Position numbers and translations under genes: made by a program
From: Cyanobacteriota bacterium
GTDB taxonomy: Bacteria; Cyanobacteriota; Cyanobacteriia; PCC-6307; Cyanobiaceae
Assembly (NCBI GenBank): GCA_046052125.1
Contig: JBJOMY010000002.1
Span: 256,001-320,000 of the forward strand
DNA length: 64,000 bases
Reading direction: 5' to 3'
Shown here: in pieces, positions 46,822 to 56,702 of the stretch
Layout of the letters: every line of letters begins with the position of its first letter
How positions within the stretch are numbered: the first letter of the stretch is position 1
The notes under the pieces: generated by a model
Told to the model about the DNA's origin: nothing
Database searches by the model: none
Seen by the model: the letters and a program-made list of their open reading frames with translations, nothing else

Positions 46822-49577
46822 CTGTTGGCCTCGATCCGGCCCAATACCTGGCGCGCCCGAACCACCACCGCTGCTGGAACGCCGGCGAGGCGGGCAGCCT
46901 CGATGCCGTAGCTGCGGTTGGCGCCGCCGCTTACCACCCGGTGCAGGAAGCGCAACTCGCTGCCCGTGTCTTCCACCAGCACCTGGGCGTTGGTCACGTT
47001 GGGCAGCTGATCGGCGAGTTCGTTGAGCTCGTGGTAGTGGGTGGCGAACACGCTGCGGGATCCAATCGTGTCGGCCAGGTATTCGGCTACAGCCCAGGCG
47101 ATGGAGAGGCCATCAAAGGTGGCGGTGCCGCGGCCGATCTCATCGAGCAGCACCAGGGAGCGATCGGTGGCGTGGTGAAGGATGTTGGCCGTTTCGGCCA
47201 TCTCCACCATGAAGGTGGATTGGCCAGCCGCCAGGTCGTCGCCGGCACCCACCCGCGTGAAGATCCGATCCGTGATGCCCATCCTGGCGCTCTTCGCTGG
47301 AATCCAGCTACCGATCTGGGCCATCAGCTGCAGCAGTCCCGTTTGGCGCAAATAGCAGCTCTTGCCGCTGGCATTGGGACCGGTGAGCACCACTAAGTCG
47401 GGCTTGTTGTTTTCCTCGTTCGGCACCTCAGAGCCCCAAAAGCCCAGCGTGATGTCGTTCGGCGTGAAGGGCTCGTCCACCAGCAGTTGTTCCACCACCG
47501 GGTGGCGGCCGGCCTCGATCTGCAGCAGGCGGGCTTCGGGCCCTTCGGGATCGGTGAGTTCTGGTTTGCAGTAGCCGCTGGTGGCGGCTACCTCAGCCAG
47601 GGAGGCGATGGCATCCAGCTCGGCCACCAGGCGGGCGGCGGCGCGGATTGGGGCGGCCTGCTCCCCTACTCGGCTGCGGAGCTGGCAGAACAACTCATAT
47701 TCCCGCTGGGCGGCCCGGGCCTTGAGTTGGAGGATGCGCCCCTCACGAGCCTTGAGCTCGGGGGTGATGAACCGCTCTTCGTTGGCCAGGGTTTGCCGGC
47801 GGATCCAGTGCTCCGGCACTGACGCTGCCTTGGCCTTGCTCACCGCCAGGAAGTAGCCAAAGGTGCGGTGATATTGCAGTTTGAGCGTGTTGATGCCGCT
47901 GGCGGCGCGTTCGGCTGTCTCCTGTTGGGTCAGCCAGGCCTCCTGGTCATCGAGCTGGTTGCGCAGTCCATCCAGCTCGGCATCCACGCCGTCGTGAATC
48001 AGGCCGCCTTCGCTCAGGCTCAGGGGCGGTGTGTCGAGCAGGGTGTGGCGCAGGTCCGCGGCCAGTGCCTCCAGCTCTGGCCAGGGGCGCGCCAGGGCCA
48101 GCAGTGGAGGGCTACTTGCACCCGTAAGCAGCGCCGCGAGTTGCGGGAGCCGCTCCAGCCCATCGGCCAGGGCCACCAGGTCGCGGGCTGAGGCCGTGCC
48201 GGCACCGGCGCGGCCCGCCAGCCGCTCGAGATCCCCCATCGGACGCAGCAGTTTGCGCAGGTTGATCCGTAGCCGTCGGCCGCTCACCAGCTCGCTCACT
48301 CCATCCTGACGGGCCTGAATCGCCGCCCGCTCCACCAACGGCGCCTCGATCCAGCGGCGAAGGCAGCGGCCGCCCATGGCCGTGTGGGTGCGGTCGAGGG
48401 CCCAGAGCAGCGAGCCGTGCAATCCGCCGCCCATCTGGGTGCGGGTGAGCTCCAGGTTGCGGCGGGTGGCGGCATCGAGCACCAGCTGATCGCCGGCCTG
48501 CCAGGTGGTGGGCAGCTCCAGCGGTACGCGGGTGCCGGGCTGGGTGTCGTCGAGGTAGCGCAACAGTCCGCCGGCGGCCCGCAGGCCCAGGGGCATCTCG
48601 CCCAGGCCGAGGCCATCCAGGCTGGCCAACTGGAAGCGTTGCAGCAGAAGGGCCCGCGCTTCAGGGGCGCTGAAGGGCGTGCGCGGCAGAGCTGTGAGCC
48701 GCAGGGCGTCTGGGCACCAGGCGGGCTCGCTGTCGTCCCCGGGCCAGAGCACCTCTGCGGCTTCCACCTGCAGCAGCTCCTGGTGCAGCAGATCACTGCC
48801 CTCGCGCTCGGTCACGCGGAACTCGCCGGTGCTCACATCAGCCACCGCCAGGCCCCAACGGGATTGCTCGCACACCACTGCACAGAGCCAGTTGTTGCGG
48901 CGGGCGCTCAGCAGCCCATCCTCGAGCACGGTGCCCGGGGTGAGCACGCGGGTGATCTCGCGTTTGAGCAGGGCCCCTTTGGCGGGATTGCGCGCTGAGG
49001 CCTCCTCCACTTGGTCGCACAGGGCCACGCTCAGGCCGCGGCCCACCAGCTCGGCGCAGTAGCGCTCGGCGGCGTGATGGGGAATGCCCGCCATGGGCAC
49101 CCGGCCGATCGCTTTGCCCCCCTCCTTGCCGGTGAGTGTGAGCTCCAGCAGGCGTGAGAGCTGGATCGCGTCTTCAAAAAAGCACTCGAAGAAGTCGCCC
49201 AGGCGGTAAAGCAGCACCCGCTCCGGGTGGGCGGCCTTGAGTTCCACGTAGTGGCGCAGCATCGGCGTGAGCTGCTCCGCGTCCACCAGGCTGTGGTGGT
49301 GCCAGGGGGGGAGGTCGCTGTCGCTGTGCTCGGCAGTGGCGTCAACGTCGCTTGCCTCGTCCGCCGGCGTGGGGGTCAGGTTTGACTTCTGTTTCCGCTT
49401 GCGGGGACGACGATTCGCATCGTCTGCAAGGGCCTCCTCGTTGAGCATCCCGCCGTTGAGCGACTCGCCAGCGGATGGCAGGGAGCGCTCTGCCTCAGCA
49501 GCTTCCACCGCTGGCTCCAGGCCAAACAGCGATCCCTGCAGGGCCAGCTCCGGCTGCTGCGGGGATGACGCGGTCAA
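46776..49577 (-). CDS. mutS: DNA mismatch repair protein MutS
   Basis: [57 protein letters not shown]; start uncertain. Confidence 0.96.
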   Translation of the reverse strand: MTASSPQQPELALQGSLFGLEPAVEAAEAERSLPSAGESLNGGMLNEEALADDANRRPRKRKQKSNLTPTPADEASDVDATAEHSDSDLPPWHHHSLVDAEQLTPMLRHYVELKAAHPERVLLYRLGDFFECFFEDAIQLSRLLELTLTGKEGGKAIGRVPMAGIPHHAAERYCAELVGRGLSVALCDQVEEASARNPAKGALLKREITRVLTPGTVLEDGLLSARRNNWLCAVVCEQSRWGLAVADVSTGEFRVTEREGSDLLHQELLQVEAAEVLWPGDDSEPAWCPDALRLTALPRTPFSAPEARALLLQRFQLASLDGLGLGEMPLGLRAAGGLLRYLDDTQPGTRVPLELPTTWQAGDQLVLDAATRRNLELTRTQMGGGLHGSLLWALDRTHTAMGGRCLRRWIEAPLVERAAIQARQDGVSELVSGRRLRINLRKLLRPMGDLERLAGRAGAGTASARDLVALADGLERLPQLAALLTGASSPPLLALARPWPELEALAADLRHTLLDTPPLSLSEGGLIHDGVDAELDGLRNQLDDQEAWLTQQETAERAASGINTLKLQYHRTFGYFLAVSKAKAASVPEHWIRRQTLANEERFITPELKAREGRILQLKARAAQREYELFCQLRSRVGEQAAPIRAAARLVAELDAIASLAEVAATSGYCKPELTDPEGPEARLLQIEAGRHPVVEQLLVDEPFTPNDITLGFWGSEVPNEENNKPDLVVLTGPNASGKSCYLRQTGLLQLMAQIGSWIPAKSARMGITDRIFTRVGAGDDLAAGQSTFMVEMAETANILHHATDRSLVLLDEIGRGTATFDGLSIAWAVAEYLADTIGSRSVFATHYHELNELADQLPNVTNAQVLVEDTGSELRFLHRVVSGGANRSYGIEAARLAGVPAAVVVRARQVLGRIEANSHVAVGPAAETRAAA

Positions 49578-49651
49578 GGCCTGGGTGCGGGTGCTCGATC
49601 GTAGGTCGATCGCCAAGACAGCCTTCTGGAGAGCAACGCTGCTGCGAGCCC

Positions 49652-49686
49652 TCCCTAATTCCGTGCAGACTGTACAAAAAAGAGGA
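49652..49686. repeat. spaced palindrome copy 5 (mutS/psbZ divergent region)
   Basis: TCC ctaa TTCCGTGCA GAC TGTACAAAA aaga GGA. Confidence 0.75.
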
Positions 49687-49840
49687 CGGTCCTGAGTGCT
49701 TGCTTTCAGCCCCCGTCCCGCCTCGAGTCCCGCCCCGCCTTGCCGCCACAACTTGTGAAGGAACCCGCCAGCACTCACCAGGCCCGTGGAACCTGCGTGG
49801 GAGAATCCATCAACTGCTCGGCCGGCGCCGCCGCTGTTCC

Positions 49841-50029
49841 ATGACGATCCTCAACACCCTCACCGTTCTGGCTCTGGTGGTGATGTCGTTCGCCCTGATC
49901 GTCGCTGTGCCAGTGCTTTATGCCAGCGACGACACCAGCGGTCGTTCCAACCGCCTGATCCTCTTGGGTGGCCTGGCTTGGGTGGCTCTGGTGCTGGTGA
50001 ACTGGGGCATGAGCTACTTCGTAGCCTGA
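49841..50029 (+). CDS. psbZ: photosystem II protein Z
   Basis: 62 aa, two TM helices, [14 protein letters not shown]; upstream of ribH. Confidence 0.92.
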   Translation: MTILNTLTVLALVVMSFALIVAVPVLYASDDTSGRSNRLILLGGLAWVALVLVNWGMSYFVA

Positions 50030-50050
50030 GCGCACTGAAGCGCAGCCAGC

Positions 50051-50530
50051 GTGACCGTTTTTGAAGGCCAGTTCGTCGGAGCGCAGTCGCTGCGCGTTGC
50101 CATCGTGGTGGCCCGCTTCAACGACCTGGTTACGTCCAAATTGCTGAGCGGCTGTCTCGACTGCCTATCGCGCCACGGCATCGACACCTCGTCCACCAGC
50201 ACACAGCTCGATACCGCCTGGGTGCCCGGCAGCTTTGAGATTCCTCTGGTGGCTCAGCGCCTCGCTGCCAGTGGTCGCTACCAAGTGGTGATCACCCTCG
50301 GCGCCGTCATCCGCGGCGATACCCCGCACTTCGATGTGGTGGTGGCCGAAGTGAGCAAGGGTGTGGCTGCCGTGAGCCGCGACACCGGCGTGCCCGTGAT
50401 CTTCGGGGTGCTCACCACCGACACGATGCAGCAAGCCCTGGAGCGCGCTGGCATCAAGAGCAACCTGGGCTGGAGCTATGGCCTTCAGGCTCTCGAGATG
50501 GGCAGCCTGATGGAGGCACTGCCTAGCTGA
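50051..50530 (+). CDS. ribH: 6,7-dimethyl-8-ribityllumazine synthase
   Basis: [39 protein letters not shown]. Confidence 0.96.
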   Translation: MTVFEGQFVGAQSLRVAIVVARFNDLVTSKLLSGCLDCLSRHGIDTSSTSTQLDTAWVPGSFEIPLVAQRLAASGRYQVVITLGAVIRGDTPHFDVVVAEVSKGVAAVSRDTGVPVIFGVLTTDTMQQALERAGIKSNLGWSYGLQALEMGSLMEALPS

Positions 50531-50912
50531 GCTGCTTCGCCACGCTCAGCGGCAGATTCGGATTCTCGGGATTCACACTGAGGCGCTGCAGCTGAGGTTG
50601 CAGCACCAAATCCATGTCTTCCATCGGGATCGCTCCCAGCAGCACCTCATCGCCGAGCACCATGGCGCCGGTGAAGCAACGGCGGTTGGCGAAGCGCACC
50701 TCCACCGGTCCCATGTAGGGAACGCTTTGCCTGCGTCCATCGGCCAATACCACTTCGCGCCGCTCTAGTTCCCGGAGCTGCAGCTGCAGGGCCACATGCT
50801 CGGGGATGCAGAGGTGAACAGCGCCCGAATCGGCCAAGGCCTTCACCTCAAGGCCTTGCACCTCGGGATTGCTGGGGTTCAGCAGCTGCAGGCTGGCGTG
50901 AATCAATCCCAT
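50523..50912 (-). CDS. clan AA (retropepsin-like) aspartic protease
   Basis: ALADSGA catalytic motif, [17 protein letters not shown]. Confidence 0.8.
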   Translation of the reverse strand: MGLIHASLQLLNPSNPEVQGLEVKALADSGAVHLCIPEHVALQLQLRELERREVVLADGRRQSVPYMGPVEVRFANRRCFTGAMVLGDEVLLGAIPMEDMDLVLQPQLQRLSVNPENPNLPLSVAKQLS

Positions 50913-50984
50913 GGGGTGCTGGTGCTGGAAAAGTAGGTGGTCTTGGCGCGGTTGAAGCCGCAACCTTTGAATGCCACCGCTGTT

Positions 50985-51449
50985 TCAGTTGTTGCTCTGA
51001 TCGCGCCGCAACAGCTGCTGGCCGTTGACGCGGGCAAAGCCCAGCTGTTCATAGAAGCCGGCGCTGTTGGTGGTCATCAGATACACACGCTCCACCCCTG
51101 CCAACGCTGGTGAGGCCAGCAGCGCCTCCACCAGTTGGCGGCCCAGGCCTTGGCCCTGGAGATCTTCCGGGATCACCACATCCCAGAGCACGGCGCGGAA
51201 GACCCCATCGCTGCTGGCCCGGGCGAAGCCCACGAGGCGTTTGCCGCGCCATAGGCTCGCCACGGCGGCACTGCCCGCCAGCATGCGGCGCAGCTGCCCG
51301 AGCGATCGACCCTGGGCCCAGAAGGTGTGTTGATCCAGCAGCCGTTGCAGCTTCCAGAGGCCGCGGCTGGGACGCAGCCCCGGACCCAGCCCCAGCCAAC
51401 GCAGGCCTGGTGCACCCGGGGCGTGGATCAGCAGGCGAACGGCGTCCAT
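50985..51449 (-). CDS. GNAT N-acetyltransferase (Ycf52-like)
   Basis: LVGFARA, LWDVVI...QGQGLG, FYEQLGF. Confidence 0.85.
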   Translation of the reverse strand: MDAVRLLIHAPGAPGLRWLGLGPGLRPSRGLWKLQRLLDQHTFWAQGRSLGQLRRMLAGSAAVASLWRGKRLVGFARASSDGVFRAVLWDVVIPEDLQGQGLGRQLVEALLASPALAGVERVYLMTTNSAGFYEQLGFARVNGQQLLRRDQSNN

Positions 51450-51505
51450 GGGCTGATTGTCGTGCAGCAGCTGAACAAGGCCTGGTTGTGATCTGCGGGG
51501 GATTG

Positions 51506-51540
51506 TCGGGACTTCTGTGCAGTCTGTACAGAACTCTGAA
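51506..51540. repeat. spaced palindrome copy 6 (GNAT/rmlA divergent region)
   Basis: TCG ggac TTCTGTGCA GTC TGTACAGAA ctct GAA; extra half-site TTTGTACAG at 51551-51559. Confidence 0.8.
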
Positions 51541-51625
51541 TGATCACCGATTTGTACAGCAGTGATATGAGCTCCCAGGAGTTCACCATTCACCCCAAGA
51601 CCACGGGTCATAACCTGGCGGCGCG

Positions 51626-52519
51626 ATGAATCAGCCGATGCGCAAGGGAATCATCCTGGCGGGGGGCAGTGGCACCAGGCTGCATCCGATCACCCAGGCG
51701 GTGAGCAAGCAGCTGCTGCCGGTGTACGACAAGCCGATGATCTATTACCCGCTCAGCACGCTGATGCTGGCGGGGATCCGTGAGGTGTTGATCATCAGCA
51801 CGCCCCACGATCAGCCGGCTTTCCAGCGGCTCCTGGGGGATGGTTCCGCCTGGGGAATGAGCATTCGCTACGCGATTCAGCCCAGCCCGGATGGCCTCGC
51901 TCAGGCCTTTCTGATCGGCGCCGATTTTCTGGCGGGCTCACCGGCGGCGCTGGTGCTGGGCGACAACCTCTTCCACGGTCACGACCTGGCGCCACAGCTG
52001 TTGAGCAGCAACGGCAGCCAGGCCGGCGCCACGGTGTTTGCCTATCAGGTGCGTGATCCTGAGCGCTACGGCGTGGTGGAGTTTGCGGCCGACGGCCGCG
52101 TGCTCAGCCTGGAGGAGAAGCCGGTCAAACCCAAGAGCCGCTATGCCGTGACCGGCCTCTACTTCTACGACCACACGGTGGTGGAGCGGGCCCGTCGGGT
52201 GGTGCCCTCGCAGCGGGGAGAACTCGAGATCACCGATCTCAACCGTCAATACCTGGAGGAAGGTTTGCTGCGGGTGGAACTGATGGGCCGGGGCATGGCC
52301 TGGCTGGATACGGGCACCTGCGATTCGCTTCATCAGGCCGCCAGCTTCATTCGCACCCTGGAGCACCGTCAGGGTCTGAAGGTGGGCTGCCCCGAGGAGG
52401 TGGCCTGGCGCCTGGGCTGGATCAGCACCGAGCAGCTCGAGGCCCTGGCGGCTCCGCTGCGCAAGAGTGGCTACGGCGACTATCTGCTCCAGGTTTTGGA
52501 GGAATCCCATGCAGGCTGA
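51626..52519 (+). CDS. rfbA: glucose-1-phosphate thymidylyltransferase
   Basis: [47 protein letters not shown]. Confidence 0.96.
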   Translation: MNQPMRKGIILAGGSGTRLHPITQAVSKQLLPVYDKPMIYYPLSTLMLAGIREVLIISTPHDQPAFQRLLGDGSAWGMSIRYAIQPSPDGLAQAFLIGADFLAGSPAALVLGDNLFHGHDLAPQLLSSNGSQAGATVFAYQVRDPERYGVVEFAADGRVLSLEEKPVKPKSRYAVTGLYFYDHTVVERARRVVPSQRGELEITDLNRQYLEEGLLRVELMGRGMAWLDTGTCDSLHQAASFIRTLEHRQGLKVGCPEEVAWRLGWISTEQLEALAAPLRKSGYGDYLLQVLEESHAG

Positions 52520-53108
52520 ACGGCTGATCAGCCCCAAGGGCAGCCAGCTGGAGGGGCCGTTGTTGATCACCCCCCGGGTGTTCGGTGATGCCCGCGGGTT
52601 CTTCTTCGAGAGCTGGAACGCCGGCGCCTTTGCCCAGGCGCTGGAGGCCGACGGCCAGCCGGTGCCTGGCTTTGTGCAAGACAACCACTCCTGCTCGAGC
52701 CGCGGGGTGTTGCGGGGTTTGCACTATCAGCTGCCGCCCCATCCCCAGGGGAAGCTGGTGCGCTGTGTGGTGGGTGAGATCTTTGATGTGGCGGTGGATC
52801 TCCGCCGGGGTTCCCCCAGTTTTGGGCAATGGGTGGGGGCGGTGCTCAGTGCTGCGAACCATCAGCAGCTGTGGGTGCCGGCTGGTTTCGCCCACGGCTT
52901 CCTCACGCTGAGTGAGCAGGCCGAGGTGCTCTACAAAACCACCGACGTGTGGAGCCGCGAATGCGAGCGCGCCATCCGCTGGGACGACCCGCAGCTGGCG
53001 ATCCAGTGGCCGCTGGATCGCTTGGTCGGGGTTCAGCCGCTGCTGTCGGAGAAGGATGCCGCTGCGCCACTGCTCGCTGAGGTCAACGATCTCGACCTGT
53101 TCAGCTAG
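52509..53108 (+). CDS. rfbC: dTDP-4-dehydrorhamnose 3,5-epimerase
   Basis: [33 protein letters not shown]. Confidence 0.96.
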   Translation: MQAERLISPKGSQLEGPLLITPRVFGDARGFFFESWNAGAFAQALEADGQPVPGFVQDNHSCSSRGVLRGLHYQLPPHPQGKLVRCVVGEIFDVAVDLRRGSPSFGQWVGAVLSAANHQQLWVPAGFAHGFLTLSEQAEVLYKTTDVWSRECERAIRWDDPQLAIQWPLDRLVGVQPLLSEKDAAAPLLAEVNDLDLFS

Positions 53109-53529
53109 AGCAGCAGATCGCACCAGCCCAGCCGGCCTTTGCTTGTCACCGTGAGACTGGTTGTGGTCAACACGGTTCACCCTCAGTCCCGTAGAGAATG
53201 TAAGGCTTTTCTGCCTCACTCGCCCGGTCGGGCGGCGCCGGCACTAGCTCACCGCGTTGCCAGCATGAGCGCAACAAGCTGGGCCTCCCCTCAGCACACA
53301 ACAGGGCTCAACCCCAATTCACGGCATCGGCTACATCTGCTTCGCTCATCCCGAGTTCGAATAAGTTGGCTCGCACGGCTGATGCATCGCCGGCCTGCCC
53401 CGTCATTCCACCCCGGCCTTGGGAGGGGTCAGCTGGTTTTTGGTGGTGCGCTTGTCAATCACCATGCTTCCTTGCTGCGATCTGCATCCACTCACCATCC
53501 CTAGCCTGGGCTAAGCGCTGTCTTTCACC

Positions 53530-53955
53530 ATGGCTGCCTCGGATGTGCGCTGGCTGCAGCGGCTGGAGAATTACGGGCGGGCGCTGGCCACGTTGCAACG
53601 GGCACTCCAGACGGCACGGGAACGAGCGCTCAGCGAGCTGGAGGAGCAGGGCCTGATTCAGGCCTTTGAGTTCACCCATGAACTGAGTTGGCTCCTTCTC
53701 AAAGACTTCCTGGTGGATCAGGGGGTGAGCGGCATCAGTGGTTCCCGCGATGCCGTGCGTGAGGCGGTGGTGCGGGAGTTGTTGCCCGCTGGCCGTGAGG
53801 ACACCTGGATGGCGATGATCCGCAGTCGCAATCTCACCAGCCACACCTACAACCCTGAATTGGCCCATGAGATCGCAGCGTTGATCGTGCAGCGCTATGC
53901 GCCTGCCTTGGTTGAGCTCCAGGGGGTGTTGCTCGAGCGAGCTCAGGGGCGATGA
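53530..53955 (+). CDS. HEPN-domain toxin (HI0074-like nucleotidyltransferase substrate-binding family)
   Basis: GLIQAFEFTHELSW, RNLTSHTY (RX4HXY). Confidence 0.88.
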   Translation: MAASDVRWLQRLENYGRALATLQRALQTARERALSELEEQGLIQAFEFTHELSWLLLKDFLVDQGVSGISGSRDAVREAVVRELLPAGREDTWMAMIRSRNLTSHTYNPELAHEIAALIVQRYAPALVELQGVLLERAQGR

Positions 53956-54311
53956 CCGGGATCGAACCCAAGGCCCCACCTACTCCCACCATTGCAGGGC
54001 TGCCTCAGGACGCTACGGCGAGGATCATGGAACGTGTCACGGAGCGGCCCGCCATCCAACGGGTTGTGTTGTATGGCTCCAGGGCCCTGGGGCGGCAGCG
54101 CTCCGGCTCCGACATTGACCTCTGCCTCGATGCGCCGGACATGGATCTGGCGGAGCTGATGGTGCTGGGCGCCCAGCTTGACGACCTGCTGCTGCCTTGG
54201 CGGATTGATGTGCAGCTGCGTCACCTGATTCGCCACCCTGGCTTGTTGGAGCACATCGACCGGGTGGGGATCACACTGCATCCTTTGCAGTCTTTCGATG
54301 GTGCTGAGTGA
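53952..54311 (+). CDS. minimal nucleotidyltransferase (MNT) antitoxin
   Basis: YGSRALGRQRSGSDIDL = GSX10DXD; ATGA overlap with the HEPN gene. Confidence 0.88.
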   Translation: MTGIEPKAPPTPTIAGLPQDATARIMERVTERPAIQRVVLYGSRALGRQRSGSDIDLCLDAPDMDLAELMVLGAQLDDLLLPWRIDVQLRHLIRHPGLLEHIDRVGITLHPLQSFDGAE

Positions 54312-54329
54312 TTCAGCCCCTGCTGATCG

Positions 54330-54788
54330 TCAGGCCTCCAGGATCAACGTGAGGGCCGACTCACCCTCAACCACTGATGTTGTTTGCAGCCGCCTGTCCA
54401 GGGTGACCAGATGCCCCTTGTGATGGATGGCCAGTGCCAGCAGGTAGGTGTCGGTGATCTGGCTGTGGTTGAGCAGTTGAGCGGCATTCAAGTGGTTGCT
54501 GCCGATCAGGCTGATCGCATCGGGCCAGAAGCAGTGATCGCGATGGCCCAGCCAAGGACCCAGTAATTCAGCCACTACTCGGGGATCGCCGGGGCTGTTG
54601 GGGTAACGGGGATGGCCAAGAATTCTCAGAACGGCGTTCTGAGTTAGAGGGCAACTGGCCCAGCCGTTGTGCAGGTTCTGGTTGAACCACTGGTGCGCGA
54701 TCGCGTGGTGAACGTGCCAAGGATCCAAAAGCGCAATCCACACATTCACGTCGAGCAGTGCTCGGCGGCTTTGGCGTTGCTCAGTCAT
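54330..54788 (-). CDS. vapC: VapC/PIN ribonuclease toxin
   Basis: ALLDVNVWIAL, ITDTYLLALA, LVTLDRR. Confidence 0.88.
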   Translation of the reverse strand: MTEQRQSRRALLDVNVWIALLDPWHVHHAIAHQWFNQNLHNGWASCPLTQNAVLRILGHPRYPNSPGDPRVVAELLGPWLGHRDHCFWPDAISLIGSNHLNAAQLLNHSQITDTYLLALAIHHKGHLVTLDRRLQTTSVVEGESALTLILEA

Positions 54789-55014
54789 CACGGAGTTGGT
54801 TCACGAGCTCGAGATCCACGGGCCCGCCCTGGGCATGGCGTGGGAGAACGGGCAACCCGCCGTCCACCGGAATCGAAGCAGCGGCTGGCCGACGCTCAGC
54901 CAGGGCTTGTCTGGCCAGATCGCTGATCACGGCACCGATGCTGCTGTTGCGATGCCGTGCCAGCACCTTGGCGGCATCCAGCACATCGTTGTCGATCGAC
55001 AGAGTTGTGCGCAT
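54781..55014 (-). CDS. vapB: VapB-like ribbon-helix-helix antitoxin
   Basis: MRTTLSIDNDVL...SIGAVISDLARQAL; overlaps vapC start. Confidence 0.85.
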   Translation of the reverse strand: MRTTLSIDNDVLDAAKVLARHRNSSIGAVISDLARQALAERRPAAASIPVDGGLPVLPRHAQGGPVDLELVNQLRDD

Positions 55015-55037
55015 CTGATGAGGAACATCAAGCATCA
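55012..55037. promoter_or_regulatory. putative vapBC autoregulatory operator
   Basis: TGATG-aggaa-CATCA inverted repeat (55016-55030) plus extra CATC half-sites immediately upstream of vapB. Confidence 0.45.
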
Positions 55038-55085
55038 ATCTAGGTTGGACTCCACAATGGCGTAACGGTTTCTGCTCCCCCAGCC

Positions 55086-55952
55086 ATGAAGGTGCTGCTC
55101 ACCGGTGCTGCGGGCCAGCTGGGCCAGGCGCTGATCGCCTCAACGCCGCCTGGGGTGGAGCTCGTCGCCTGCAGTCGCGCTGAGCTCGATCTGGCCAACC
55201 CTGCTGCCTGTCGGGTTGCCGTGCAGGCGCAACGCCCGGATTGGGTGATCAACGCTGGCGCCTACACGGCGGTTGATCAGAGCGAAAGCGAGCCGGAGCT
55301 GGCGCAGGCCGTGAATGCGGGTGCCCCCGGCGCCTTCGCCGCAGCCCTGGCCGAAACCGGCGGCCGTCTGCTGCAGGTGAGCACCGATTTCGTGTTCAAC
55401 GGCGCCCAAGGTTCGCCCTATCGCCCTGATCAGCCGGTGCATCCGCTGGGGGTGTACGGCGCCAGTAAGGCAGCTGGCGAAGCGGCGGCGGCAGAGGTGC
55501 TGGAGGCCGGGCGTCTCTGCATCCTGCGCACCAGCTGGGTGTATGGACCGCTGGGCAAGAACTTTCTGCTCACCATGCTGCGGCTGATGAGGGAACGCGA
55601 GCAGCTGGGGGTGGTGGCCGATCAGGTGGGTTGCCCCACGGCCACGGCCGGCTTGGCGCAGGCCTGTTGGGCCGTACTGGAGCACGATGTGGCCGGGGTG
55701 CACCATTGGAGTGATGCCGGCGCCGCCAGTTGGTACGACTTCGCCGTGGCGATCTCGGAGCTGGGCCAGGCCACTGGCTTGTTGGAGAACCCAGTTCTGA
55801 TTAAGCCGATCACCACGGCTGATTACCCCACGCCGGCGCAGCGGCCCAGCTACTCGCTGCTGGATTGCACGGGTACCCGTCAGGCGTTGCAGCGTTCTCC
55901 CCTGCACTGGCGCGAGGCTCTGCGGCAGGTGATGGGCGATCTCGTGGCGTAA
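55086..55952 (+). CDS. rfbD: dTDP-4-dehydrorhamnose reductase
   Basis: LTGAAGQLG, NAGAYTAVD, STDFVF, YGASK, DQVGCPT, AQRPSYS. Confidence 0.95.
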   Translation: MKVLLTGAAGQLGQALIASTPPGVELVACSRAELDLANPAACRVAVQAQRPDWVINAGAYTAVDQSESEPELAQAVNAGAPGAFAAALAETGGRLLQVSTDFVFNGAQGSPYRPDQPVHPLGVYGASKAAGEAAAAEVLEAGRLCILRTSWVYGPLGKNFLLTMLRLMREREQLGVVADQVGCPTATAGLAQACWAVLEHDVAGVHHWSDAGAASWYDFAVAISELGQATGLLENPVLIKPITTADYPTPAQRPSYSLLDCTGTRQALQRSPLHWREALRQVMGDLVA

Positions 55953-56702
55953 CCCTCGCCGGATCCTGCTGGCGTGCGCTGGGCTCGACCTGGCGGGTTT
56001 TTGATCGGCCTGGCTGTGCTGATCTGCCTGTTCAAGCCTGTGCCGTCGTTCCCGCAGTTGGGATGGTTGCTCTTCACCGCACTGGCTTATCTGGGGCTGG
56101 GCTGGCTGTTTGGCAGCTACACGGTGCTGCGCTGGCGGCGCTTGCCGCTGGCCGCGGTGCTGCAGCGGGTGTTGATCACGGGGGTGGTCACCCTCGTGCT
56201 GGCGGCGCTGTTGATCTGGCTGGAAGATCGCGGACCTGTGTTCTATGTGCAGCAGCGAAGTGGTTGGTTGGGCCGAACGTTTCAGGTGTTCAACCTGCGC
56301 ACGATGCAGGTGGCGCCGCCCGATGCACCCGCCGTTTGGACGGTGCCCGGCGATCAACGCATCACCCGGGTGGGCCTCTGGCTGCGGCGCCTGCGCCTCG
56401 ATGAGCTGCCACAGCTGCTCAACGTGCTCAGCGGCGACATGAGCCTGATCGGTCGCCCCCCGGAGCGACCCGAATTCGAGCACGAGCTGGAGGCACGCAT
56501 CCCCCACTACCGCAAGCGCCACTGGATGCGGCCTGGGCTGAGCGGCTGGGCCCAGGTGTGTGCTCCCTACGCCGCCAGCGTGGAGGATTCAGAGTTGAAG
56601 CTCTCTTACGACCTCTACTACCTCAAACACTTCAGCACCTGGATGGATCTGATCATCTTGTTTCGCACGATCAAAACGGTGCTCAAGGCTGGGGGGCGTT
56701 GA
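55942..56702 (+). pseudogene. degraded priming sugar transferase (frameshifted 5' end, internal deletion)
   Basis: paralog of 40902-42230 (shared LGWLFGSY, HWMRPGLSGWAQV, K.GR end) but about 190 central residues missing; 5' homology lies in another frame before T5 run 55998-56002; KxRTM reads NLRTM and GPRP reads GRPP. Confidence 0.6.

Noticed and set aside
53350..53368. GTTCGAAT tRNA T-loop-like sequence
   Set aside because: No complementary T-stem or cloverleaf; no tRNA or att site supported.
55441..55461. ATCCGCTGG GGG TGTACGGCG in rmlD resembling the palindrome core
   Set aside because: Lacks the GAA end and the TCC/GGA flanks; explained by the conserved PLGVYGASK codons.
51626..55952. 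rmlB absent from the rhamnose cluster
   Set aside because: It may simply lie elsewhere in the genome; cannot be judged from this window.
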